From Geosiphon pyriformis uo1 (Eukaryota; Fungi; Glomeromycota), in contig JAAOMT010000200.1 of assembly GCA_016748015.1 (NCBI GenBank), positions 866,984 through 930,983 on the forward strand: a stretch of DNA of 64,000 bases. The letters run 5' to 3'. This document shows positions 1 through 15,086 of the stretch, piece by piece. How positions within the stretch are numbered: position 1 is the first letter of the stretch; the number at the start of each line of letters is the position of its first letter. The position numbers and the translations under genes are program-made. Under the pieces are notes generated by a model. The model was not told the origin of the DNA. It worked only from the letters and a program-made list of their open reading frames with translations, and did not search any database.

Positions 1-519
1 TTGTGTAATTTGTTTTTGAATTATAATTTCTTGTAATTTTGCTGTGCCATATAGTGTTTCATTTAATTTTCTGACGATCGGACTATCTGACACTCCTTCT
101 TCGAGTGGGATGTCTTCTGTAACTTTTGAGAATGTGGCAGAAACTTTTACGCGCTCAATTTTGATAGGTGCTGGTTCTGGTGCAAAAGAGACAAGTCGTG
201 ATGCGTCAGACATTTGAAATACAGCTGGTTCTGAGCGAGAACGTTTATCATCCAAAGGTAATGAACGACGCCACTCATTTTTAACTTGAGGACTTTGTGG
301 TGGGACTACAGGTTGTTGACTGACGGTGTTGGTGACGTAGGTTTCATACTCGTTCATGAATTTGGCCGCAGATGGAGGAAGTTCACCTTCTTCCTCAGCA
401 ACATTTTTAAGAATATTTGTTAAGATATCTAAGTAGTCATGAATATCATCGAACAACTGTTTTGCGTCGTCGATATCAGAGGTACTTTGGGATCGGATTG
501 GTTTTCTTGGAGATTCCAT
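1..519 (-). CDS. Hypothetical protein, 5' part only (runs off the left edge): MESPRKPIRSQSTSDIDDAKQLFDDIHDYLDILTNILKNVAEEEGELPPSAAKFMNEY...
   Basis: 173 codons open from ATG at 519 to position 1, A-rich start context, GC clearly above the flanks; family not recognised. Confidence 0.75.
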   Translation of the reverse strand, partial: MESPRKPIRSQSTSDIDDAKQLFDDIHDYLDILTNILKNVAEEEGELPPSAAKFMNEYETYVTNTVSQQPVVPPQSPQVKNEWRRSLPLDDKRSRSEPAVFQMSDASRLVSFAPEPAPIKIERVKVSATFSKVTEDIPLEEGVSDSPIVRKLNETLYGTAKLQEIIIQKQITQ

Positions 520-1450
520 TTTTTTTAGAGTAGACAATGGAAATAAAGACTAGTTTGTAAAGAATATGAAATGGGATAAGCTTTCCTAACGGTAAGTGAA
601 AAGGTAGGTCCTAATAAAATTTAGGTATAGATAATAATAATAATAATAATAGTAATAATACTAATGATTTAAATTGCAATTAAGTCAAGTCTTTTCCTTT
701 GCAGACTTTTTAATGATAAAATTAAAATTTGTGTATTATCTTATTTGATGATAATATAATGTGTTCCTTTAATAAAAGATGAACTAAATAAATTGGTTGA
801 CACTTTGATGGTCAAAAATACCAAGAGGGTAAATACTTTATGATTTAAAAAGGAGAACAATTATTTAAATTTTGCAGTTGAGTTTCAAAGTTCGACCAGT
901 CAGTTTTATATGTTTTTTTGACTTCTCTCTCTATTTTTCTGTATAGGTATGACAACGGTATTCACCAGTGTCTCATTTTCAGGTGCCGCCGCGCGAGATC
1001 TACAAATAGCTCTGATATCAAGTAAGCAAATAAAATAAACTTTTTGTTATAATCACTTTTTTTTTAGAGTAAAAGATCACACGAGTGAAGGAATGATAAG
1101 AGTTGACCGATTCAAGTGAATCATTTAAAAAATTTTTTTTTTGAGCGAACGAATAAATTAGACTATTTTAAATATTCTATTTTGTATTAGATTTTCATTA
1201 TTTTTTATGTATCAAATGTACTATCAAATTTTTCATGCATAAAAAAATCACTTTACTGATCAACTTTTAAAAAATATATATATATATATAAATATATATA
1301 TTTTTAAATTGATAAAGCATTTTAAAGAGAATGTTTGTTCTAGAATAAAATTTTTTCAATAAGATGTTCATTTTTTGAAGTAAAAAATTGAATTAAGAAA
1401 AATTGAATGACAACATTAAATAAATTAATGAGAATTTGGGATCAATATTG

Positions 1451-1469
1451 AATAATAATAATAATGATC

Positions 1470-1513
<44 letters not shown>
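1451..1513. repeat. (AAT)n microsatellite
   Basis: Direct reading; explains the poly-N/poly-Y ORFs. Confidence 0.95.
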
Positions 1514-2661
1514 CGTTTTTTTTTTTTGAAAGATTCGATAAGGGTTTTTTTTTTTGAAGAAGGACGATTAAAAATACGCGAATCGTTAAATTATTCTCAA
1601 ATGAAAGGCAACGCAAATCGAGAAATTCAAAAAGGTTGAATTTTGCAGATTTTACCATAATGGCAACTAAAAAACTAGTTTGGGGAAACGGTATAATTAT
1701 TTATTATGATGATTTTTGAAATTAAAAATCTTTGAATAGAAAAAAGTAATCAAAATAAATGATTAAATAAAAAATGAAATAGATGATTTTTTTTTTTTAA
1801 ACAATTTTTTTGAGGAATATGATTCATTTATTTGTACATGTATAATGTATAATGTATAAGAGAGAGATACCTAACAAAATATTAGAAATCTAATACCATT
1901 TATTTAGTAAAAAAATTTTCCAGGAACTATTCTATGGAAAACGACGTAAAATTTTCGAAATGTAACTAAATATTGGTTAATTGTTTGTGTTGATCAAAAA
2001 TTATAACTTTCGATTTTGTGTGATGTTAGATACCGTTTTACTCTCTCTAAAGTTACTTTCAGATCCAAAAATGGTGGGTGAGTCAGGAGCAAAAAGCTTA
2101 TGGTTTTAATGATATTAAGAGAACTCAAAAAAAGGAGTTGATCATTTCAAAAAATTATGCGTGAGAGACTGAAATCAAGGGGTTTGATCAACAATTTTCT
2201 CCCTCACGTCATTTATTAAAATTTTTCATGTCCCCGAGGAAAAAATTATTTTTTTTTCATTTATCAACCGGGAAAACTAAATAACGCGCAATATTCGTAA
2301 CTTCTCGGAATCATTTATCGAAGCTGCCTTGGTTGGAAATCGAAAATTTTGCGGCGGAGAGGCTTGGCCTTTGAACCGGTTATTAGTCTGGCCACATCTT
2401 GCTGTCTTCGTCGAAAAAAAATCTACCCATCTTTTTTTTTATTCCCAGAGTTCACTGCCGCTGAGCCCTAAACAATGCTACATAATCAGATCATGATTAC
2501 AAAATTATAGTTCTAATTAGACGTATGATTCTTATGATTTATTTAGGAATTGATAAATTGAATTTTTAATAATCCTATGTCTACTAATTTGAAGGTACTT
2601 CCAATCAAAGAAAAAAAAACCGGACCAAGATCTTGTTAAAAAATTCTTTGAGTTGACGAAT

Positions 2662-2664
<3 letters not shown>

Positions 2665-2757
<93 letters not shown>
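2665..2757. repeat. 93-nt poly(T) homopolymer
   Basis: Direct reading. Confidence 0.95.
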
Positions 2758-5700
2758 CAAATCGATCATTTCAAGTGTTTTTTTTTTTTTTACCCAAGAA
2801 ATTTTGTTATACTTTACTATATCGGTAATTATTGTTCGGTGTCGGTACGTTTATATTTGAATTTAGGTGTAATCTTTTACATCGAAAAGGATGATCTTAT
2901 CAGTTTTACATCAGTATGATTAAGTGATTTGCATACTCTCTATGCAAACGAAAAAAACTTACAATTTTAATGATGTATAGAAATTATTTGATCGTCCGTT
3001 CATCATCATCTATAGAACTTTAATTCGGGAAAATTAGGACCAATCTTAACGATTTCCTCGGCGTTTTCTACCATAAAAATTTCGATCTTTCCAAATATTA
3101 AAGTCTGGGTAGATTATGAGTGACCTCTTTTGATATTCATTTCTCATCTAATACAAGGTTTTTATTATTATTACTGTTTATTATTTATTGATGTTAACAA
3201 TTTCACAAAGTTTTGTTTGTTTTTTAAAAAAAAGAATATAAAATCATATGCTTCATTCAGTGTCATGATTGCTATGTATTTTGAGCATATCTGGCCCAGA
3301 AATTTGGTATTTAAATTGTCATACAAATTTCGAAAATTAACTGGACAATTGTATTGTTTTTATTTTCCACAATGATTAATCACACAAAAATTTCATACAT
3401 AATAAAAGAAAAATAAAAACTCTCGGCTTCCACACACACATACACACGGCGTTCGATTTGTGATGCCTTGATGAAACGGTATACAAGAAAGAGTACTACA
3501 AGTTTCGGTGCTTTTTTCATTCTTTGAGTGAGACAATTGTTCTTTGAAACTTTGCTTGAAACGGTTTGAGTTGATCGATTTACTTATTCAATGCTCATTT
3601 ATATCTTTTGGACCTATTTTTGCCATACCAATGACGTTGAATGATCGATGAACTGAGAATGTAAGACAACAGAGGCTATACCGCAGATCACAAAAAAAAC
3701 TAGACTCGAAAGTGGCTAGCTTGAGCTGCAGGCATAAAAGTGTTTCAAGAACAATGATCGAGAATTCGGTGAGTAGATCGGAGTAATTTTGAGGATGATA
3801 AGATTTTATTTACGCTCTTGTTAGAGTAAAGGAATTTTAAGGTTTAGAAAATTCGTTGAGGTTTTTTTCGGTCTTTTCCTGGAAAGTATTGTGATACGAT
3901 TGTACAATCCTATTCAAGTTGGAGTCGAGTAAAAAATTTTATAGTTATTTTGGGGGAAATTCCTTGTTTTCCGTGTATAATGACAGCATAATTTTTTTTT
4001 TCTCAAAAATTAAAAATTTATTTGTGATATTACCAAGTTCATGAATGTCTTGTCTGCCAGTTTTGAGGTTATCAAAAATCTAGGTGATGCTAAACAGATG
4101 AAATGCTCTATTATATTTTCGAATTCAAATTGTACCATTGATAACTTTGGACATTGTTACGAATAACTTTTAGTGAAGGATATTTAACATTTGTTACCAT
4201 GCATTATCGCCGACAAAATTCAGCCCATAGGATATAATTGATTAATCGTTTTCATTCGGACTAGGTATCTCAATGATTTTGCTAGTCAAACAAAGGAAAA
4301 GGAAAAAACTGGTTTTTGAGAAACACAAATTTTCAAGAAATGAAAGAGAAAAAGCCTCAAATTAAGAATTTTAGTTCCAAGTTCGAATGATTAAAACTTG
4401 TATATTACGTAGAATTTTTGGTTCGAAGCTTTTCGCTCATTTTGTGTCATAATTTTTTCTTGAAGTCAAATAAAATAAAATAAAATACATGTAATAAAGA
4501 AAAATTTGATGAACAAAGAAGAAATCTTTTGAAAGAATTTTTGTAAAAGATATTCTTTAATTTTTCTTAACAAAGTATTTAGTCGATTAATGGGAAATAG
4601 TTAGAAAGCTTGTAAAACGTGGTTCAAAAAATTCCTCATGTTTATTTTTAGTGGAAACTAAATATAAATTAGACTTGACAAAAACAATTCAGATTGAGAA
4701 TTTAAACTTCATCATGTAAGAGAAATGAAAAACATTGATTATTAATTAAATGACGAAATATATTAACTTAACTTGGCTAGTATAACTTTTTTAAAATATT
4801 ACTCAAGGGTCCCTCTATAACCTTTTCCACAAGATTAATAAGTGTAACTGGGAATCATATGAAAGGAATATTTAAAGGAACTTTCTTTACGTCAAGGCCT
4901 GTTCTTAAATTTGACATTTGGTTTGTTTTATAGTATTGCCAATCGAATCATGAAAATTGAAATAAAAGGCGATTATTCTTTTAAAATTTTGTTTAGATAG
5001 TTCTTTTTATAAGTTTCCAAGGTATCTCATATATTTTGTTGCAGCGAGGACTATGAAAAATTAATTTCGAGTTTGATTTATCAAAATTGCTGCTACCGAC
5101 TTTGGACATTAAAGCAAATCGGTATCGATTAAGTTTTATTCTCGCGACTAAAAAATTTTTTTCTCCCTGATCAGACTAATCAATAGATGATTTACGATAC
5201 ATAAATTTATGATTTTCGAAAATTCTAGATGATTGACTGAAAATTTTTTTTTTTTTTTTTTTTTACTAAAAACTGCTTATTAATGTGCATTTAAGTGCAA
5301 ATTACAAAAAAAATATTATCCACTCTTTAACTCTTTTTAGACTGTTGAATTGAAAGCTGATATTTTATTTTCATGTCTCTTGCGTTTTTTGCAAAAAAAA
5401 AAATTTTTTTTTAAATCTTCAATTGCCCCCTTCCACTTTCAACTTTGAAGCATTAACTCCCAAAAATGTACGTTAAAGAAGTATTGAAGCACTGCCGGGC
5501 AATGCCGGTCAAAGCAATAAGGGGTGGGAACTTTGAGAATCCTGTTTCCCGGGATTCCAATAAAAAGATTTTCATTGCATTAAAGAATTATTGAAATCTC
5601 TTGTAGAAAAAAAGCAATACATTTTTCTAAAATTCTGATTCATTCGATGCAAACTCCCTCTTAGAATATGCGAGGCAGTATTATCAATATAACTTGAATG

Positions 5701-8287
5701 AAGAATGGCTAGGATAGGGTAAGTCAATGGTATCATTGACTCACTGCAATTGGTAGTGACTCAATGAGAGAATTGCGTGATTAAGAATTATAATTTGTCC
5801 AACATCCATTCTTAAAATGTTACAATTTCTTATTTCTCAAACAAAGTTTTTTTTTATAGATTCCCATGCGTACGTCTATGATTAACGATATTTAGCACCG
5901 ATTTCTTGTATTACGTACCAACATCGGTGGATATTTAAGAGTTTTATTCCGGATCAAAGTGGATTTTAATTTTCTGGGTTTCTGTACTCTTTATTGTATT
6001 AAACAATGCGTGCATTGTTAAAAGCTCAATGGAACTGTAAATTTTTTGAATTTGAGGTAGTTTTAGTTGACAATATAAAAATTTGAAAATTTAATAAAAA
6101 AGCATCAGAATTTGAATAATATTTTTTGTTTCGTTCAAAATTTTCAACCTGTTTTTTTGATAATACTTGTTCTTAAAAGAATCGTAAAAATTAGAAAAAT
6201 TTTAAATTTTTCATCTTTTAAAACCTAGTATTTCGATGAATGTATAAATTACTAAATTTTGGAAGGTTAGATTCAGAGTTTATATAAAAAATTCCTTTTT
6301 TTAAAAAAACCGTGACACATGAATTTAAGTTCTTGAGTACAATCCCGCTAATCCCGAATAAACCGGCTATTTGAGATGCTTGATTATTTGGATGATTGGG
6401 GTTTTTTTTTTCCGAGTTACAAATTATTTCAATCGGGAAACGAGCATAAAACAAATTCATAAATGAAGCGTTGAACCCATTCCTTTAAAAAACCATGGCT
6501 TTCTAATTCCAAATTTTTTGTTGGAGTTTATTAATATCCTAAATTTTTTTTAATTTTGTTTGCTAAAATAAGAATGGCTTATTCTTGACAGTTTTTTTTT
6601 TAGATTTTAAGCTTGTTTAATCAATATTCTTTTTTTTTTTTAACCACATGGATAACATTTTTTTTAAATGTAACTTGAGTTTAGTGGTTTGTTTATTTGT
6701 TTTTAATTAAAAATTTTTACATTCCACAAGGCCAAGAAAGAGCTCAATATAGATGTACTTATCATTACAGATAAAGTCCCATTTAGCATCAAACTGAGAC
6801 TTTTTTTTGAAGTAGTTGAATCATCAAAAAACTAAAAGGAATTCGATGTTGAAAAAATCCATATAATAATACTTTTACTCAATCCAAGAGAAAAAAAATC
6901 AAATGCATGTATTAATTCAAAATGCATCTCTATATATTAAATCAAGAAGAACATAATTAAATGCCGAAGATGGGTCGTTTGACATTCAGTAATCTCGATT
7001 TAGATTGAAAATCTTTTTACTATAAATGAAACTAGATTTTCATAGAATTTTTCCAAGTATTTTAACTTGCTTGATGCAAAGAAAAATTACTGAAATTTTT
7101 AAGCTTATTAGAAGATTAATCTCGAAAATAATTTTCTCACGACTAGTTTAAAAAAGAACACAATATTTTAATAACAGAAAATAATTTCATGTTGCCTTTG
7201 AAAATCCCTTGGAATTTGCAAAAAAAGTCAAATTTAATTAATATTACATGTATTTGGGAGACAAACCTGGAAAGTGCACAGACAGTTACATAAGAGACTC
7301 TTCTTAAAAAGATATTAACTTTCAATATTATTAATATAGATTTCTTCATTTGGCATTTTTGGTCTTATTGAACTCCAAATGCGTCTTGAAATTTCTGATG
7401 ATTAATGGTTTTTGAACTTTTTCTAATAATTTTAATATTCGGCATTCTTAATTCTTAATATCCTGTCTGCAAGTTGAAGTGGAAATCAAGGAAATCTGGC
7501 GGGCAAGGTGCATATCATTTATTAGGGTAATGTGGAACATTAAATGTTGTAACGATTCACAAGCATCCGGCGCTTAAATTTGGTCTCGAGATTCAAATGT
7601 AACCTGTTTTGATGGAAATATCAAAGTAAACGCCAAAAAACTTTGAAGAACAATATAAATTTCAGCCAGATTCTGATCACCAAGTTCCGAAAGGATAAGT
7701 TTAATGCGAAGAAAATATCTGAAACTATTCGCTAACGTTCAAAAAAAATAAATTTTGCTTTACTAGGTACAGCTATTCATTAAAATTGCTTCTTTGTTCT
7801 TACAATTTATCGAAAATTAACAAAGGTAATCGCACAGTAGTCAAAAGAAGATGATCCGGCTGAGAAAATGTATGATAAAAGACACAAAGGATGGATAAAA
7901 ATGAACAATCATGTAACAAATCTCCTAAAATATTCAGCCCAAGAATTCAAATTTGATATAATGATGCATGAAAAAATTTTTATGATGGTATTCAAACTAA
8001 TGACCATGGTTTCAATGAGCAGATTACCTTGAAAATGGTCCAAGTCTAGAAAAGGATCCTTAATAGTGCGTAAAGTTTTGGTGATTTGAAAGAATCCAGA
8101 ACTACCTTTGTACCTCGTCATATGCTCCATCAAAATAGTTTAGTTCAACCTCATGATAAGATGCATTTGTACACCTTTGGACTAAATATTAAGTTTTTAC
8201 CTATCATTTACGAATGCTGAAATTTTACAATGAATCAAAAAAAGGTTTGAGACTATCCCATTAATATTTATTCGAAGAAGCACTGGT

Positions 8288-8563
<276 letters not shown>

Positions 8564-9516
8564 TCATTGTGAGAACTTTCTTCAGTGGTACAAAGAACAC
8601 AAATTTTCTTGATGTTCGAATAATTAAACTATATGGTTATTTAAATATTTTCCAGCTGAATATTTATACAGATTGAACATTCGGATCCTTTAATTATTCT
8701 AGATATCTCCATGTATTACTAGGAATCAGGTAAATCTTTTTGTGCTGATTTTAAAAAGTTAAAATTAAAATTGACATGAAATTGGGAGATCTTAAGAGCT
8801 GTAATACAAAATTAAATTCCTTTAAAAGGTAATTTTTTTATATCAAAACTATTATTATAATTTCTGATAGTTTGGAATCTCGATTATCTAGTAATTTTGG
8901 ATTCCTTTTGCTTGGCGATTCCGGAGTCCATTGAAAATAAAGCCTGTCGCGTTAAAATATTAATGATTTCGATGCAGGCCTGAGTTCGGGTCTCTTTGTG
9001 ATCTGAACAGTTTTACTTGTTTAAGATCATTTAAATTTTCTAATTTTTTTACGGAAATAAAAAAGATCGGGTATTTACAAAACCGCAAAATTTTTTTTCT
9101 TTGTCAACTTACATATATAAATACCGGTTTTGAGAATCCTTAAAACGGTATGTTGCCATCAAATCGGTAGTTTAAATAGATCTCCCTTTTAGTATAAGCT
9201 TCATTACACCAAAAATCTGTCACGTTATAGCTATCAAAAATTTTCGCAGATGGATCGACTCTCTCTAAAACTCGGGGAAATCTTCATTTATTTTAGATCA
9301 ATAATGTAAATATTTGATACTTTTAAGGACAACTTTGTTTTCACTTATCGGCTATAGATAGGGGGATTTGAAACATGGCGGAGTATTTTTAGAGTTTCCT
9401 TTCAAAGTAATTTTGAATAGAATCATATTGAGAATAAACGGGTCAATGACATTGAAAATTGGTTCTGGTTTACGGGAAAATTTGTTTATTGTTTCGTGAT
9501 GTATTGGTTGGTTCGT

Positions 9517-9550
9517 TGATTGATTGATTGATTGATTGATTGATTAATTG
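9517..9550. repeat. (TTGA)n tetranucleotide microsatellite
   Basis: Direct reading. Confidence 0.85.
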
Positions 9551-10170
9551 ATTGGTTGGTTTGTTGGATGATTGGAATCATTGTCAATATTGATTGGGAT
9601 GATTGGAATCATCGTCAATATTCAGGATTCAAATATTTTTAGGAAATCACAGTCAAAGCAGAACTCGTCATTGATTGTTCGGTGTGAACCATTGTCTGCT
9701 CAAATCTAGAGTGAACAAACCAAAATAGGGAATAGGTGTCATTTAGTGACTGAAGATTTGGTTCCTGCCTATCAAGTTAACTTCATTGTTTCTGCTGGGA
9801 ATATTTTTGTTAATTTTTCGTGGAATTTCTGTACAATAGAATTTTTTCCAGATTGAAGTTAGATATGGTTTAATGAAAGTAAACAAAGGATAAAATATTT
9901 GTTTTATGTTACACTAAATTAAGTCGTCAGATTTTTCTAAAACCCACGCACAGCCATGGAAATTAAAAGTTTTTAGTGAATAATAACGTTTCAGAAGATT
10001 CAAAATAACCCCTGGAACCCCACTTTATCAATATTTTTCCGAATAATTTTGTTTTGATTGGTTTGAACTGGTTAATTATTTTTGGTTTGGTTTTGGACTC
10101 TTTTTTACCTGAGTTAGTCATTAAAAGGGTTCACGTTAATTGAAGATATTAATTAGTTTTGATAAATTAG

Positions 10171-10312
<142 letters not shown>

Positions 10313-13300
10313 TAATGCCCATAGAAAGTGAGTTTTATATTTTAGATTCACGGAGAATCCTTTAGATTTTTACAAGATAAATTATTGAAATCTAATATAT
10401 GTGGGAACTTTTAATAACTCCAACAACAATTTGTTTCATTCAATATCTGAATTTAAAAGTCCGAGCTCAAAGAATTAAAGTTTCTAACTAGAATATTCGA
10501 TAACTAATCGAAATATTCCACGGATGAGGTCACAGGCTTCTCATTTTTTCTTGGTTCCCACGAAATTTTATCATTGAACACACTGTAATCAGATATTTTT
10601 ATTTGTTATGTACTTAAACTAGAAAAATGTTTAAAATATTTGGTTAAAGATTTATTTTTTTTTCTATCAACTTTATGTTTGTTGATATGATGAAATTAGT
10701 CATAAATCCATGCACAGCCAAGAAAATTAAAAGTTTGGGGAAATTATTAAAAGTTTCAACTTTCAAAACATAATCATGCATACAAATTTATATTTTGCAT
10801 AAATTGTCAAAATATTTTTTTCGAAATATTTAGTTCTGTTTATTTGAACAGGTTTATAGCTTCTGATGAGATTTGAAAGTTGGTTAGGTGCTGTAGGCAT
10901 TGTGAATCTATCGGGGAATTCCATCGGGCTTATTAAATGTATAAGGAATCAGAGAGTCTTGATGGTCAAGAGCGAAGTTAAATTTGTTAAAAATTTTCCT
11001 CATTCCCCATTTTTAGGTTTTTAATTTGTGCTTTTTGAGAATCTAGACTAGGCACTCAGGAAATTGAAAGGTTTGATAAACCCCGTATATAGCTAGAAAA
11101 TCTTGACTATTGATTTTGAAGATTGAGATGAGCGAACTAACCGAAATTTGAGCTCTTACCCATCTGGGATAAGCTTTCTTATTATTTGATTTCAAACTTT
11201 TTTTTACTAAACTATGATCAGGAAAACTTTATCCATTTAATTTCATTTTCTTAACATAAAACATATCATTGATTTAAACCTTTATTCATATGAAATTAAA
11301 ATAATTGTTACAATGCCTCTCTTTTAAGTTTTATTGAATCAATATATTGACTATTTATTTTAAGGTTGTCAATCGTAAATTTGAACAATTCTCAAAGTTA
11401 ACTCAACTTCCTTTTCTAATGAATGGGTTTCCTTTGAAATAATCTCCAATAAATTTGAATTATTAATATTTACTCATATCAAATGTCATCGTAAACTTAT
11501 TTGAACCCCTCAAAACTTTAACTTGAGATCTAATTAGATTTTCTGTAGCATAAAGATCATATATTTTGAGTACAAAATTAATTCTTAATTACTCTATTTA
11601 TTTATATTCAAAATTACATAACAATAATTTGAAATCGAAACATAATATTTTCCATCAAGAAACGAGAAAACTTGTCTTTTTTTCAATCCGTTTACAGGTA
11701 ATTCATGTTTTTTTACATTTTAAAGATTTACCAGGCATAATATGATTTATATTTTATGATAAATTACCACGTGAATTGGCAATCAATTAGAAACTTCTTC
11801 TTTTAAATTATAAGTAAAATTATAGTTTAAAGTGAAATGATTTTTTGTAATTTGTATATCTTTATTTAAAACTATAAATATCCTTATTTTACACATTTAA
11901 TTGTTTGATAAACATTAAAATAGAAATAATCATATTATTATTGAGAAAATTAAAAATATTGTCTAATTATTATTCATTTTTTTATGAATAATAAATGCCA
12001 ATTATTAAAAAAAAAAAATTTTAACATTTATAATTACTAGTTAATCAAAAAAAAAAATGTATTTTATACACCAAAAAAATATTATTTCTTTATATATTGT
12101 ATAAAATAATTGAGAAAAAGTTTTTTAAATAATTATTTTATTATTTATAAAAGATTTTTTAGTTAAAAAATTAAAATAATATTGTAAAATTCAAATTAAT
12201 TTAATATTTATTAGTACTAAAGCTTAATTTATGTTATAAATATAATTTATATATATTTTACATATAATCAATTATTTGAACTTATATTAAAACAAATACT
12301 ATGCTAATTAAAAATTTGGAAATAATTTCAAAGCACTTATTTCTTATTACTAAATACAAACTTATTTATTTAGAATTTAATATTTTTTATATTAAATTTA
12401 ATATCAAAATTAAAATTAAAGAATAATCATATTTTTAAATATATTATTATCTATAACAACTTATTTTTGTTTTTAATTTTTTTTTAAACTTTATAAAATT
12501 TTTTATCTAATATTTATAAGTTTAATAATTGTTTTAAATTTTTAAATTTTTTTTTTAATGTATTTTAAAATAAAAAATTTTCTAATATAAAGTCTGGTAA
12601 AAATAGTAATAATTGTAGTAATAATAACAGTTTATATACTAATTAATATTATTAACTATTGTTTTATATTGATATTAATTTGCTTAAATTAAAATTATGT
12701 AAAAAAAGATTTATATTATTATGTTTAATTATTAAAAATAACCAGCAATAAAAAAATAAAAAATAAATAATTAGTTTAATTACTATATATTGAGCCAACT
12801 TTTTTGGTATAGTTTTATAATAAACATTAATTTTTTTATATGTTTCTTTTTTTTTATGTTTTAAATATTTGTTATTAATATTTTAAGTATGTTTTAATAT
12901 TTGTTATTAATATTTCGAATTATATTTATTTTTTATGGTTTTTTTTATATACTTATTATCAACATTTTAAATTATATTTATTTTTATGGTCTTTTATATA
13001 CTTATTATTATTATTATTTATTAACTATTTTCTTTAAAAACACATGTTATTAACATTTCATATTATATTTTTTCCAATCAAATAATCAAATAATTTAATA
13101 TTATAATCAAAATCAAGAAATCAAGAATTTAAATCAATTAGTTTTTATTAAAGCATTTATATTAACTACCAATTTTTTGATTCTTGTAATTAATGTCTTA
13201 AGTATTAATTTTGCTAATAATATCATATAAAAAAAATTAAATTAAGTATTTTTGTTTTTATACAATAAATAATTATTCAAATAAAATAGGAATTCAAATG

Positions 13301-13769
13301 TATTTATTTTTTAAATAAATTTACATTAAATATTAAAAAAAGGTGAAAAAACCAATTACTATAATTTCATATGTAATATCTTATAAAATTTATCTTAATT
13401 ATACAATGAAAAATTATTGCATTCAACAAAATTCAATAATATATTCGTTATAATATAAATTGGTTTTTAAAAAAATTTTGTAACTTTTTTTTAATGTGTT
13501 TTTTATTGGATACAAATCATTATATATTTTGGAAGTAAATTGAAATAGTTTTTAAAACCAAACTGTAAAATTTCAACTATAATTATATAAAAAAAATTAT
13601 TAACATGTTCTTCAAAAATATTTCCTTATACTAATATGCTGTATCAAACTTTTTGCATCAAACACATATTATAATTTAAGATGTTAAATAGATATATGTT
13701 ATACCAAAATTTATATTAAATAAAAAAATAACAATAGATGAAATATACTCCTCATGAGGTTGATATTGA

Positions 13770-15086
13770 TCAAGATCCCGAAGCTATCACGCGTACATTC
13801 CAATTACATGTGCGGCCAGCTGGGATGTTTTTCCTGAGATTCAAGTTTTCCTCGTGAGTTTTGTTTAACACCATGAACAACATCCTTTTCAAACTCGAGA
13901 AGTCACGTTGTCTACCTACCCTCTTTTCTTTATGGTATTTGATAATTGTCTTATAGAGGTATGTGGGGGAAAGGAAAGTCAGAACTAGGTCTGGTTTAAC
14001 CTCATTAAGCAAGATAGAGTTTACAAGATGAACGGTGGCCGAAGTGACTTTGAGAAAGGGAAAACTAAATGTATCATCCTCCCGTCTTTCGAGACCTATG
14101 CTCTGAAAATACGAGTCAAAAGCAGTGTACAGATTGCTGTCAGTGCTGCGGCCATATTTATTAGGTGGTACATATTTCGGAGTTGCTACATAGTTCGGAG
14201 TTGCTGGTTGATGAGGAACGTATTCAAATATCGAACGATTAAATCCGAATTTTTTTTCTATGCCTTCAAATCCATTTTCTGTTCGGAATAAAGTATGACA
14301 GAGGACTAACACTAGCTTTGGAGAGATGACGTAAAAAGAATGGTAGGGAATTTGAAATGGAACAAGAATTCCCAATCGATTCACTCCTTCAAAGATTCCA
14401 AATCCGTTGCAGGTTATTATAAACTTATCATTTTCACCGGCTTGCCAAATTACGAGAAAAGAATCGACCATGCGCAGCTCGTAAGCTTCCCTATCTAGCG
14501 TAAAGATTCGCAAGTTGTCTTTGATCTCTTCATGCGGGGTCTCTAGTATTTCACGGATGTTCTGTAACCACAATTCTTGAGGCTTTTTCAACTTCTGCTC
14601 TCGCATAAATTTTTTTACCATCAACAAAGTGAGAATATCAAAACTTTCATTGGAAAATTGGGCCCATCGATGACGGTTTCGATAGTTCATGACAAAGAGG
14701 AACTTGCGTAGATTCGAAAGGTCTCTTCTGACTAAAACGATCTGACTTTCCACTTGAGATGCCTTTATAATATCTCTAACCACTTTTGATGCTTTTTCTT
14801 CAAGTTTTGACAGTTTATCTTCTACGTGCATCGCGTCTTCGTGATTAAGATCTTTATACATGTTTAGGTATCCAAAGGTTTTCGCGACTAAAGAGATGCC
14901 CAGTTGACCGATCTTTCTATCGTAAATTTGGAGAAGTGCTTCTGCCTTATTCTTATTCCTAAAGTTCTGTTTCTGATTTTTCTGTTTGAACAGCTTTTCC
15001 TTGCTCACAAATATCCTCTCATAATTATTGATAGCAAAATTACGAAGAAGGAATCTTGGAATGTAGTGATGGTATTGATCTTCCAT
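13770..15086 (-). CDS. DUF4238-like protein, 438 aa, intronless (paralogue A)
   Basis: Long ORF with N-terminal QYHHYIPRFLLRNF motif typical of DUF4238; intact paralogue of the same length at 50857-52173. Confidence 0.8.
   Translation of the reverse strand: MEDQYHHYIPRFLLRNFAINNYERIFVSKEKLFKQKNQKQNFRNKNKAEALLQIYDRKIGQLGISLVAKTFGYLNMYKDLNHEDAMHVEDKLSKLEEKASKVVRDIIKASQVESQIVLVRRDLSNLRKFLFVMNYRNRHRWAQFSNESFDILTLLMVKKFMREQKLKKPQELWLQNIREILETPHEEIKDNLRIFTLDREAYELRMVDSFLVIWQAGENDKFIITCNGFGIFEGVNRLGILVPFQIPYHSFYVISPKLVLVLCHTLFRTENGFEGIEKKFGFNRSIFEYVPHQPATPNYVATPKYVPPNKYGRSTDSNLYTAFDSYFQSIGLERREDDTFSFPFLKVTSATVHLVNSILLNEVKPDLVLTFLSPTYLYKTIIKYHKEKRVGRQRDFSSLKRMLFMVLNKTHEENLNLRKNIPAGRTCNWNVRVIASGS

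Noticed and set aside
2665-2757. Poly(T) as the poly(A) tail of a retroelement
   Set aside because: No adjacent retroelement sequence or target duplication recognised; length may be an assembly artefact.
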